Assembly: GCA_016929645.1 (NCBI GenBank)
Contig: JAFGIK010000072.1
Span: 1-62,158 of the forward strand
Source of the DNA: Candidatus Dojkabacteria bacterium
Lineage (GTDB): Bacteria; Patescibacteriota; Dojkabacteria; SC72; JAFGCJ01
DNA: 62,158 bases
Direction: 5' to 3'
Each line of letters begins with the position of its first letter. The first letter of the stretch is position 1. Below, in pieces: positions 35,288-44,015 of the stretch. Under the pieces are notes generated by a model. That model ran no database searches and was not told where the DNA came from. It was given only the letters and a program-made list of their open reading frames with translations. The position numbers were made by a program, and so were the translations under genes.

Positions 35288-36907
35288 TTATGTTTGTATA
35301 TTTTTTGTGTCCTTATTTGTCTGGCTTGAATCTTGGTAGTACTCTTCATCTCCAACTTTTCCCTCAATTGCTGCAAAAAACTTTACTCTCTTTTTGCCAA
35401 TAAACATCTCAAATTGTGCTTGAAGTCTTGGAAGTAGGTAGTATGTCCAGATAAGAAGTAGTTCAAGGAACGGTTCGAATGTCCACCAGAAAGCTTTGAA
35501 AAATATTGATTTTTCTTTTGGAGGAGCACCAAAATATTTCCAGATGAAATATTTTCCCGGAATTTGCAATAATACAGTAAATGTCATAAGGTAGCTTGAT
35601 ATTCTTGGTAGATTATATGATATAGCTGAATATTCAAGCTCTTGATTGAATAAGTTAAGTATTGGAATGGTAAATGCCATTAATATACTGAAGGTCATTA
35701 TTATGTTGTAGACTCGAGCCAAGACTCCGAATGCTTTTTCAATTTTGATCCATAATGGAATTTTCCTGTTCCATATAATGCCTTGAATGGCGACTGACAT
35801 GATTATTGCACCCCAACCCCAGCGAATCTGCTGCTTATAAAGGCCTTTTAAAGCATCAAATGTATTTTTGCCTTCGACACAGTCCATCAGCAGAGGTAGA
35901 TAGAATACTTCTCCAGAAAACTTGCCATTCAAGTGTAAAAATGCGTTCCAGTAAAAAAAAGTATCCTCTGCTCCAAGAGAAGCATCCCAAAAATCAATTT
36001 GTTCTAGCAGGTGGAAGGTTGCACTGTAATTGGAAAAACTTTGTTTTTTGCCTTTGTCGTATATCCATTCTGCAACAACACCAAGAGTTAATGCGCTGCT
36101 GAAAACTCTAGTAAGTGCAGGTACATCCCAATAGTTATTAGAATAAATAAGAACTCCTGCTGAGAAGAATTTGTAATATCTATCTGGATCAGTGAGGTAT
36201 TTATAGGTTAAAGCAGAAAAATGCTTAGGATGATATTTCCCATCGCTATCACTTTTGGTAAATATGACATGATGAGGATTGATTTTTAACTTGTGAAGTT
36301 TCTTGGAAGATTCTATTCCTGCCCATCTTAAATTTGCACAAGCGTCGCCCATTATTTCTCCAGGTATTCCATATGGATGATAAAAATCCCAAATGTCGTA
36401 AAATTGGTTTTTAAATTCCTTTTTAATTTGAGCTGTCACATCGTATCTTTCTGGTCCAGCCCGTTGTTCGCATGCCAGGACAAGTATAAACCTATTTTTA
36501 TATGGATAATCCTGATTTGCAATTGTTTTTATTGTTCTTCTTAAATATTCAAGAGGTTCCTTGTAAGTTGGGATGAAAACCAAATGATAAAGTTCTTTAA
36601 TATTTTTGGGAAGCTTTTGGGGATTTGGTAGATTTTTCAAATTTAATGAATTGATTTTGGTTACCCAGTCAGTTTCTTCGTCACGTTTTTGATAGGCAGT
36701 CGTAAAAAAAAGCGCTGTAAGTCGTTGTAATCCTTTAAATAATACAAAAACAGATATAAATGAAAGATAAACAAGTAAGACTTCGTAAATGCCTAGTAGA
36801 GAAGTCCAAACAGGAGAAGTAATAAGGATTATGGTAATAATGCCAGGCAACATTCGATAAAAAGCAAAGCTTTTAGTCTGGGTATTGTATGGCTTAATCC
36901 GTTTCAT
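35288..36907 (-). CDS. Membrane-embedded processive family-2 glycosyltransferase (polysaccharide synthase)
   Basis: N-terminal TM helices are followed by a GT2 core with the ordered motifs VLACEQRAG, KSDSDGKY (DxD), LGAEDTFF (ED) and QQIRWGWGA (QxxRW). C-terminal TM helices follow. Confidence 0.7.
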   Translation of the reverse strand: MKRIKPYNTQTKSFAFYRMLPGIITIILITSPVWTSLLGIYEVLLVYLSFISVFVLFKGLQRLTALFFTTAYQKRDEETDWVTKINSLNLKNLPNPQKLPKNIKELYHLVFIPTYKEPLEYLRRTIKTIANQDYPYKNRFILVLACEQRAGPERYDVTAQIKKEFKNQFYDIWDFYHPYGIPGEIMGDACANLRWAGIESSKKLHKLKINPHHVIFTKSDSDGKYHPKHFSALTYKYLTDPDRYYKFFSAGVLIYSNNYWDVPALTRVFSSALTLGVVAEWIYDKGKKQSFSNYSATFHLLEQIDFWDASLGAEDTFFYWNAFLHLNGKFSGEVFYLPLLMDCVEGKNTFDALKGLYKQQIRWGWGAIIMSVAIQGIIWNRKIPLWIKIEKAFGVLARVYNIIMTFSILMAFTIPILNLFNQELEYSAISYNLPRISSYLMTFTVLLQIPGKYFIWKYFGAPPKEKSIFFKAFWWTFEPFLELLLIWTYYLLPRLQAQFEMFIGKKRVKFFAAIEGKVGDEEYYQDSSQTNKDTKNIQT

Positions 36908-36997
36908 TGTTTGCGATTATATCATTATTTTGTTGGGGTGGTAATTCTGAGTTTCTGGTAAAAATAAACTTTTGGAGGAGGATTCGTATGGAGAGTG

Positions 36998-37026
36998 GAG
37001 CGGGTGCACCTTCGGTGCACCCGCTC
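36998..37026 (-). terminator. Strong GC hairpin with UUCG-type loop after ORF 37047-38294
   Basis: GAGCGGGTGCACC (36998-37010) and GGTGCACCCGCTC (37014-37026) form a 12-13 bp stem around ttcg. There is no U-tract. Confidence 0.5.
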
Positions 37027-37046
37027 TATATATGCCTTCTGCTTTA

Positions 37047-38294
37047 TTACAAAATTCCCCAAATATAATCTGCTGCAACATCACGAACTGCTACGTTCTG
37101 GTAATTTACGTCCATTATCCATCTGAATTTATCATCATCAAGGTCATAAACTCCCATTCTGTCGTTGATGACAAGGACTATTTTATTTGAGTCATGGGCA
37201 AAATGTGCATCTATCTGATTTGCTCCTTTTGTTGAGAACCATGATAACAATTCTTTTTCTTCTTTTGTTTTTTCGTCAATGTATATGATACTTTGTTTTC
37301 CTATCAGTGGATCTGTGACTTTTAGATATTCACTATCGAATATTTCACTTTTGTCATAAATTTTACTAGAGCAAAAGAATCCACATGATGACTTATCAAA
37401 ATAATATGTGTTGGGTTGAAATAATGAGCTGATACTAATATATGTAAAAGTTAATGGAACTTTTACGGAGTTTGACTCAACTGAATATGAAATAGAATTA
37501 ATTTCATCTTTTTTTTCTTCTTCAGAAAGCTTGTAATCATCAATGTTTCCAAGTTCCTTAATGACCATAATTTCCGAAGTTTTTGCGTCATAAGTATATT
37601 TACCAATAATATAATCTTTACTTTCAGTGTTGGCTTTATAATCGGTTAATTCAATCTCAAAAACATCAGAATCTTCATTCCAGCTATACGAAGAGCTTAT
37701 AGATGATTCTAGGTAAGAAATATTAATATTTGTCATATCAGATGTAATTTCTTTTGACCAAGTGTCATTTCTTATATCGTAAATCCAAATTTTAGCAATT
37801 GATTCTCTAGCATATGACTCTTCATTTGAATCTGTTTGATAAGTTTCGTCTAGTTCCTGCATCACAAAGGCAATATATTTTTTACTTTCTGAGTATAGGA
37901 TAGAGAATATTGTTTTTGAGTAAGCTTCCTTTGGCATATTTAGTTCAGTTAATTTGCCATTTACTGATGATTCAACTTTTTCAATTTTGCCTTTATTGTT
38001 GCTGTAGGCTAAGAATATTGTGTCAGTATTTGTTAATATGAACTCAATATTGTCGTCTTGTTTTATTACTTTTCCATCAAGACTTAGTATTTTTGATTCC
38101 TGTGTTTCAAAGTCCTCATAGCCAATTAATGGTTCGTTTTTTGATTCAGATATCCGATCATTTCCCTTTATGATTGCAGGTCCAAACAATCTATTGGAGA
38201 CAGATATCAAAATTGATATTGATATGACAGAGACTATTGATATCAAAAATATTTTTAAGACCTTCTTTTTTTGTTGAGATTTATTATTTTTCAT
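37047..38294 (-). CDS. Hypothetical membrane-anchored extracytoplasmic protein
   Basis: 415-aa ORF with N-terminal TM helix (VLKIFLISIVSVISISILISV). The rest is beta-rich with no motif I recognise. It is last in the padR-linked gene string. Confidence 0.4.
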   Translation of the reverse strand: MKNNKSQQKKKVLKIFLISIVSVISISILISVSNRLFGPAIIKGNDRISESKNEPLIGYEDFETQESKILSLDGKVIKQDDNIEFILTNTDTIFLAYSNNKGKIEKVESSVNGKLTELNMPKEAYSKTIFSILYSESKKYIAFVMQELDETYQTDSNEESYARESIAKIWIYDIRNDTWSKEITSDMTNINISYLESSISSSYSWNEDSDVFEIELTDYKANTESKDYIIGKYTYDAKTSEIMVIKELGNIDDYKLSEEEKKDEINSISYSVESNSVKVPLTFTYISISSLFQPNTYYFDKSSCGFFCSSKIYDKSEIFDSEYLKVTDPLIGKQSIIYIDEKTKEEKELLSWFSTKGANQIDAHFAHDSNKIVLVINDRMGVYDLDDDKFRWIMDVNYQNVAVRDVAADYIWGIL

Positions 38295-38346
38295 TTTCTG
38301 ATAATTATTTTCTAATTTTTAACTATTATTTGTTGGGCATGTTAAT

Positions 38347-39075
38347 TCAAATTATTTTTTTCGTATATTTTTTAGTAAAAAATTTAACTAAGAATGTAAC
38401 TAAGAATGTAACAGTAGCTACGGTCAACCAGATAATTTGGTTCAATATCATGTAACCCGTTATATTCAGGGTCCAGAAATTTTCGATTAAGACTTCAGGA
38501 TTTGATACAAACACCGTGATAAAGTTCGAAATGAAAAACAGTACAACTGGTAACAATGAGATTAATGCTGCAATTATGTGTTGTTTCAGGTTCAACGCCT
38601 TTTTACTGGTTAAATATCCTGTTATTCCGGCCATGACATAGGGTAATAGTGCTATAACCTTTGATATGTTAATGGCAATAGAAGTTGAGATAATTATTGA
38701 ATTAGATAAAAGGATTAATGCAAAAGCAAATAGTGCACTCAAAAGATAAATTGCAAAATAAATCATCGCGTATCGTGTTTCTTTAAAGTAAACAAGAGGT
38801 CCTATTACAGGGATTTCCAGGTAAGGATGATGTGAATAGAATAGAAATTTACCAATAGTCTTGGTATCGCCAAAATCATTTAATGATTTTTCAATTAAGT
38901 CATTATGAGTTGTCGATTTATCATTGGTTTGGCTATTAAGTTCGATATCTCTATTTTTTTCAAAGAAATGGCAAGCTAATTCCTTGGCTAGATCCTTTGA
39001 TTCATTTTCTGATAGTTCGCTTTCACTAATTATTTCATTGATTTTATTATTAAATTTCTTGTTTAATTTTGTCAT
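38347..39075 (-). CDS. Membrane protein with DUF1700/HAAS-like ('permease prefix') N-terminal cytoplasmic domain
   Basis: N-terminus IISESELSENESKDLAKELACHFFEK...IEKSLNDFGDTKTIGKFL follows the pattern of PadR-associated DUF1700 proteins. Four to five TM helices follow. Confidence 0.5.
   Translation of the reverse strand: MTKLNKKFNNKINEIISESELSENESKDLAKELACHFFEKNRDIELNSQTNDKSTTHNDLIEKSLNDFGDTKTIGKFLFYSHHPYLEIPVIGPLVYFKETRYAMIYFAIYLLSALFAFALILLSNSIIISTSIAINISKVIALLPYVMAGITGYLTSKKALNLKQHIIAALISLLPVVLFFISNFITVFVSNPEVLIENFWTLNITGYMILNQIIWLTVATVTFLVTFLVKFFTKKYTKKII
38385..38412. repeat. Perfect 12-nt tandem repeat (taactaagaatg x2.3) inside CDS 38347-39075
   Basis: Units at 38385-96 and 38397-408, plus a partial unit at 38409-12. 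The repeat is in frame and encodes VTFLVTFLV on the minus strand. Confidence 0.85.
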
Positions 39076-39142
39076 AATTTGTATGTGTTATATTTAGGAG
39101 AGTTATCTCTTATTTTTCCAGTTTTTAGTAGAGTGATGTTTT

Positions 39143-39478
39143 TTAAACGCTCTTCATGTTTATTACGTTATTTACAGCTTTCGTATACTTTTTCCATTCA
39201 TTAATCTCTTCGTGTAGCTTACTTATGCCTTTTTCTGTTATTTTGTAATATTTTTTATCAGGCAAACCTATTTGTTTCTCCCAGTAGCTTTTTAAGAAAC
39301 CTTGTTTTTCAAGACGATGAAGTATCGGATAGATAGTTCCTTCACCCATATTGAATATATTTTTACTTTTAGTTTTGATTTTTTTTATTATTTGATAGCC
39401 ATACATGTCTTCGTCGCTTAGGCAAGATAGAATAAGTTGAACAGTTGACCCTTTCATTAATTCTTTAGAAATTTTCAT
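39143..39478 (-). CDS. PadR family transcriptional regulator
   Basis: LILSCLSDEDMYGYQIIKKIKTKSKNIFNMGEGTIYPILHRLEKQGFLKSYWE. Confidence 0.85.
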   Translation of the reverse strand: MKISKELMKGSTVQLILSCLSDEDMYGYQIIKKIKTKSKNIFNMGEGTIYPILHRLEKQGFLKSYWEKQIGLPDKKYYKITEKGISKLHEEINEWKKYTKAVNNVINMKSV

Positions 39479-39510
39479 TATCTGATAAATAAAAGATTAT
39501 ATATCGTGTT

Positions 39511-39540
39511 ACGATGTATACGCATTGTACGACGATGTAT
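39511..39540. promoter_or_regulatory. Direct repeat ACGATGTAT x2 (21-bp spacing) flanked by GTGTT, candidate PadR operator
   Basis: ACGATGTAT occurs at 39511-19 and 39532-40, and GTGTT at 39506-10 and 39541-45. On the minus strand these lie just upstream of a TATAAT-like box (about 39496-39501) and the padR ATG (39478). Confidence 0.35.
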
Positions 39541-39706
39541 GTGTTTTGTCAAATAGTCGTTTGTTTTTGTTGGGATATCGAGTTTTTTTGCTCATTTTCT
39601 AAAATTGGCATTAATTTATAAATGTTACGATTTTGTTAATTCTCTGTATAGATTAATGTAGTAAATATATGTTATTTAATCTTTTACTTATGTTATACTA
39701 AGGCAT

Positions 39707-40951
39707 ATGATATTCCCATTCTTTTTTAAAAAAGAAGAAAAGCCACAATTTACAAATGAACTTATGTTATCAATTGATATTGGTACGGAAGTTCTGAAAA
39801 CACTGCTTTTTAGATGCAGTGAGATGGGTGTTCATGTGTTGAAATCGTCTCGAATATTTCAACAACGGCATGCCATGAGATCAGGGGTGATTCAATCACT
39901 TGAGACTGTTGTGGAGAATTGTGAATTAGCTTTTAATGAGGTGACGGAAGGGCTTGAAGAGCAGGATCGTCCAAAGAAAGTTGTAATGGGTATTGCAGGA
40001 GAGCTTATACATGGTGTTTCTATTGTTGTTAATTATGACAGAGAAGATAGGGCAGAAAAACAGGTTGATCGAAAAGAACAACAAAATATAATAAATCAGG
40101 TAAAAGATAATATTCTTACAAATGGGAAAGAAGAGCTATCGAGTAAGTATGCTATTCCTGTTGATGATATTGAAATTTTGCATATTACTGTTACTGGTGT
40201 TGAGATTGGTGGTATGCCGGTTGACTCATTGATTGGATTTACAGGTAAAAATGTAAGACTTAATTTTTATGCGTCGTTTGCTCCGAAAACCTATGTAGAC
40301 ATGTTAAGACAAGTAGCGTCAAAGCTTAATCTTGAATTAATGGGGATTGTATCTCAGCCTTTTGCTATGTCTAGGGCGTTTGTCGGATCGTCCGATAAAA
40401 CTTTTAGTGGTATCTTCATTGATATTGGTGGTGGTACGACAGATATTGCTCTAATTAAAAATGGCAATATAATTGATACGCAGATATTTGCTTTTGGTGG
40501 TAGGACTTTGACTAAACGTATAGCCAAGGAGATGAATCTTGATTACCGTCATGCAGAGTCAAGGAAGATAAAATATTCTAATTCTGAGTTAGACATTAAT
40601 ATTTCTAAGGAAATAAGAAGATACTTATCTCGAGATCTTGCGGTCTGGGTGGAAGGAGTTAAAAATGCCTTATCTATAATGGAAGATGTTGATCAATATC
40701 CTTCATTTATTTATCTTTGTGGTGGTGGTTCTCTTCTTCCGGATTTAAGAAAAGTTTTGATAGAATATCCGTGGACAAACAAATTAAAATTTATGAGATT
40801 TCCTAAAGTATTATTAATTACTCCCGATAAATTAGATTTAATTATAGATAAACACCAGGTTTTATCTGATCCTATGGATATTACTCCTGCTGGACTTGCC
40901 AGATTTGCCTGGGATAAAATTAAGTATCCAGATAGACATTTTTCAGACTAG
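39707..40951 (+). CDS. ftsA: FtsA-like actin-family ATPase
   Basis: LSIDIGTEVLKTLLF, AMRSGVIQSLETVVENCELAFNEV, FIDIGGGTTDIALIKNGNIIDTQIFAFGGRTLTKRIAKEM, LCGGGSLLPDL. Confidence 0.7.
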   Translation: MIFPFFFKKEEKPQFTNELMLSIDIGTEVLKTLLFRCSEMGVHVLKSSRIFQQRHAMRSGVIQSLETVVENCELAFNEVTEGLEEQDRPKKVVMGIAGELIHGVSIVVNYDREDRAEKQVDRKEQQNIINQVKDNILTNGKEELSSKYAIPVDDIEILHITVTGVEIGGMPVDSLIGFTGKNVRLNFYASFAPKTYVDMLRQVASKLNLELMGIVSQPFAMSRAFVGSSDKTFSGIFIDIGGGTTDIALIKNGNIIDTQIFAFGGRTLTKRIAKEMNLDYRHAESRKIKYSNSELDINISKEIRRYLSRDLAVWVEGVKNALSIMEDVDQYPSFIYLCGGGSLLPDLRKVLIEYPWTNKLKFMRFPKVLLITPDKLDLIIDKHQVLSDPMDITPAGLARFAWDKIKYPDRHFSD

Positions 40952-40985
40952 ATAATTTTAATGAAGGTGTCTTTTAATTCCTGTT

Positions 40986-43349
40986 ATGGATGAACCCAAA
41001 AAGAAATTAAATAAGGCTGATAATATAAAAAACAAGAAAGTATCTGATAAAAAGGATGTTAATCCTAAGGATATTCCGGATAAAATTCCTGCGATCTCTG
41101 AAGATGTTGAGAATGACATAGAAAACGATTTAGAAAAGGCTACTAATCCTGTAGCTAATATTGGTGTTGACTCTGTTTCCAAGATTATGATTCAGGTGCA
41201 GGATGAGATTACCTTTGTGATAGATAAAATCGAGGAGGTTAAAACTAAGAAATTAATAATATCAATACCTTCAGGATGTGACATTTTGGTAAGTACCGTA
41301 GGTATGAATCTCATTTCCCAGACATTAAGGGCGTTAAAGAAAAAAGCAGTTATTGTTACGGATGACAATTCAGGATTAAGGGTAGCTCAACTTGCTGGGT
41401 TTACGACTCGAAAGTCAATGAGTGAGGTGACAGATGATATTTGGATGACTGTTGGTAAGGTTTCTGGAGAAGGAATTCAAAATTTTGCTGATAATAGTGC
41501 TGAAAATTTAGTCAAAGAAAACCAGCCAAACTTTGTATTAGATTCCGCCTCAGGGGGGGAGAGTTCTACAGAAGGTTCACCTTCAGTGGATGAATCGAAT
41601 ATGGATGCAACTTCTGCATTAGATGACTATGATAAATTACCCTATGAAACTTCGGGTAAACATGATGGTGGTTTAGCAGATGACTCTCTTCTTGGAAGAG
41701 ATTTTCAAGACAACATTGAGAAAGAAGAATCTGCTTTGCATCCTCAAAAGAAAATGATTGACAATCTTACAGACGGTGTAAAAAAAGTTAATGTAGGTGA
41801 TGTTGAATTTACAATTGACTCTCAAGCTCCACAGGAAACCCCTCCTGTAGGGAAAGTTTCGACTTTGGCTTCAAGAGTAGCAAGACCTAAGCCGAGTCTG
41901 GTCGGACGCGATTTTTCTGGTTATCGAGCGGTGAACACTGGTGATGTTATGAAAACATCTGTTAGCAATTACGACAAGATTCCGGCTTCTGGTGCAGGCG
42001 AACTCACTCCTTTAAATGGTGGCCTCGGTGGAGGAAAATCTGGAGGTGGGTCAACATTTTTCTCAAATGTTCTTGCCGGATTTACGGGATTTTTCAAAAA
42101 TTTCAACTTTGAGACTATTAGGAATTTATTTAAGAGTGCAAAATTCATAAGGATTCTTGTTGTGCTTATTGTCGTTTTGCTTGTTGGTATAGTTTTTATG
42201 AGTTGGTATTTGCCTGAAGTTGTTATTACCTTGGAAGTTGAGAGTGTTCCTGTAGAATATTCTGGAGAAATAAGTGCATTAACAACTGTTGATGAAATCA
42301 GCCTTGATAATGTTACTATTCCTGCAAAAATAGAATCTGTTGAAACAAGTGGAGCAAAGCCTGGTGATTCAACAGGTACTGCAGTTGAGGGTGAAAAGGC
42401 TACAGGTACAGTGAATATCTATAACAATACAGATGCTGAAATAACTATTGATGGTGGCACATATTTTACAACTTCCAGTATGAACTTTATTCTGCAAGGA
42501 TCAGTTACTGTACCTAAAAAACCTGATCCTTTTGGTATGGGTTCGGCATCTGGACAAATTGCTGCAGAAGCTCCTGGTCCTGAATACAATATTGCAGGAG
42601 GTGCCCAATTTTCTGTCGGTTCATATGCGCTCACTAATTTGTATGCTACAAATCCATCTGCACTTTCTGGCGGTACCAAGCAGGAATATCGGGTTGTCTC
42701 GCAATCTGATATTGATAAGCTTGTAGAATCAGTAAAGCAGGAAATGTTTACCAGTTCGAAATCTGATCTTCAAGAAAAAGCTGATGGGACACGATGGGTG
42801 ATTGTTGAAGAATCAATTAAGAATGAGGTTGTTGGTGATGTCGATTCCGATAAGCAAGCTGGAGAACGAAGTGATACCTTGAATGTTAGCCTTAAAGGTA
42901 AAAGCTCAGCAGTTTATTATGATAAGGATGCGTTTGATGAGCTAATTAGCGACCTTTTATTGAACGATCTTGATCAGGATGCTGATGTTCAGGATCTTGT
43001 TTTATCTGATGATGTTGAAAAAACTGTTACAGTGACTTCATCTTCTGTTGATGACGGATCTGTTGTATTAAGTGTCACGGTATCGGGTTTTGTAATGCCT
43101 CAATTTGATGAAGAGCAAATTGCTCAAGATCTGAAAGGGCAAAGATGGGCCGAAGGTTTGAAAATATTAAACAAAATGGATTTTCTTGCCAAGGATCCTG
43201 AGATCGAATTTTATCCAGAATGGTTCCCTGGTATTTTTAAAAAAATGCCTTCGCGAGATGGTAGAATTACAGTGATAATTAAAAATGTTGCGCCTTCTGA
43301 GGATCAATCGGAGGAAGATAACACTGATAATACTGAAAATGCTGAATAA
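40986..43349 (+). CDS. Large bitopic membrane protein: cytoplasmic N-terminal domain + disordered linker, one TM helix, extracellular baseplate-J(gp47)-like domain
   Basis: 787 aa with TM helix FIRILVVLIVVLLVGIVFMSWYL. The ectodomain GEKATGTVNIYNNTDAEITIDGGTYFTTSSMNFILQGSVTV...IAAEAPGPEYNIAGGAQFSV...NPSALSGGTKQEYRVVSQSDIDKL follows the A-x-G-x-V...G-T...A...G..YN...GG pattern of baseplate J-like proteins, as recalled from memory and not searched. Confidence 0.45.
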   Translation: MDEPKKKLNKADNIKNKKVSDKKDVNPKDIPDKIPAISEDVENDIENDLEKATNPVANIGVDSVSKIMIQVQDEITFVIDKIEEVKTKKLIISIPSGCDILVSTVGMNLISQTLRALKKKAVIVTDDNSGLRVAQLAGFTTRKSMSEVTDDIWMTVGKVSGEGIQNFADNSAENLVKENQPNFVLDSASGGESSTEGSPSVDESNMDATSALDDYDKLPYETSGKHDGGLADDSLLGRDFQDNIEKEESALHPQKKMIDNLTDGVKKVNVGDVEFTIDSQAPQETPPVGKVSTLASRVARPKPSLVGRDFSGYRAVNTGDVMKTSVSNYDKIPASGAGELTPLNGGLGGGKSGGGSTFFSNVLAGFTGFFKNFNFETIRNLFKSAKFIRILVVLIVVLLVGIVFMSWYLPEVVITLEVESVPVEYSGEISALTTVDEISLDNVTIPAKIESVETSGAKPGDSTGTAVEGEKATGTVNIYNNTDAEITIDGGTYFTTSSMNFILQGSVTVPKKPDPFGMGSASGQIAAEAPGPEYNIAGGAQFSVGSYALTNLYATNPSALSGGTKQEYRVVSQSDIDKLVESVKQEMFTSSKSDLQEKADGTRWVIVEESIKNEVVGDVDSDKQAGERSDTLNVSLKGKSSAVYYDKDAFDELISDLLLNDLDQDADVQDLVLSDDVEKTVTVTSSSVDDGSVVLSVTVSGFVMPQFDEEQIAQDLKGQRWAEGLKILNKMDFLAKDPEIEFYPEWFPGIFKKMPSRDGRITVIIKNVAPSEDQSEEDNTDNTENAE

Positions 43350-43470
43350 TCATGATTTGTTTTTCAATAACATTATGCATAAATTAACAAGATCACTGAT
43401 TTTTTAGTGTTTTTATTTTAAATAGTAGAATTTAGTTCTAGAATACAGCCAAATAAAAGGATATATAGTT

Positions 43471-43554
43471 GGAGAGGTGGCTGAGTGGCCGAAAGCGCTC
43501 GCTTGGAGAGCGAGTATACCTATGGTATCGCAGGTTCAAATCCTGTCCTCTCCG
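43471..43554 (+). tRNA. tRNA-Ser (anticodon GGA)
   Basis: Acceptor GGAGAGG/CCUCUCC plus discriminator G. Anticodon stem CUCGC/GCGAG with loop UUGGAGA. Long variable arm AUACC-UAU-GGUAU and T-loop GGUUCAAAUCC. No CCA is encoded. Confidence 0.9.
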
Positions 43555-43600
43555 TTTTTCATTCTCTTAATTTCTCATCTAACTTTTAAAATTTTTCTAA

Positions 43601-43975
43601 ATGCAGAAAACTGAAAAATATAGATGTGCTGTCTGTGGGAACATAGTAGAAGTCTTGCATGTTGGGGGCGGAGAACTTATTTGTTGTGGTCAACCTATGG
43701 ATAAGCTTGATCCTTCGGATAAAGATGAAGGTAGTGAAAAACATGTTCCAGTTATAGAAAAAACAGAGAAAGGCTACAAAGTCAGAGTAGGATCTATACC
43801 TCATCCAATGGAAGAAAGCCATTATATAGAGTGGATCGAATTAGTTGTTGACGGTGTAGTTAGCAGAAAGTTTTTGAATTATGGAGATGAGCCTACTGCT
43901 GAATTCTGTGCTAAAGGTGAGGAAGTGACCGCTAGTGAATATTGTTCAGTTCATGGTCTGTGGCAATCAAAGTAA
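43601..43975 (+). CDS. dfx: Desulfoferrodoxin (2Fe superoxide reductase)
   Basis: Desulforedoxin-like N-terminus YRCAVCGNIVEVLHVGGGELICCGQPM. SOR centre II motifs are EKHVPVIE, HPMEESHYIEWIEL and CSVHGLW. Confidence 0.85.
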   Translation: MQKTEKYRCAVCGNIVEVLHVGGGELICCGQPMDKLDPSDKDEGSEKHVPVIEKTEKGYKVRVGSIPHPMEESHYIEWIELVVDGVVSRKFLNYGDEPTAEFCAKGEEVTASEYCSVHGLWQSK

Positions 43976-44015
43976 CGATAAAACTTATTTACTTAATGAT
44001 AAAAAATATTGATTA

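Noticed and set aside
35131-35376. 81-aa minus-strand ORF bridging the ends of rnj and the GT2 gene
   Set aside because: It overlaps the 3' ends of two convergent, well-supported genes, and nothing supports it as coding.
38385-38412. Perfect 12-nt tandem repeat as a regulatory or phase-variation element
   Set aside because: It is in frame within the last TM/tail segment of ORF 38347-39075 (VTFLVTFLV). With only 2.3 copies it is most simply a slippage duplication, and copy changes would stay in frame. It is recorded as a repeat feature only.
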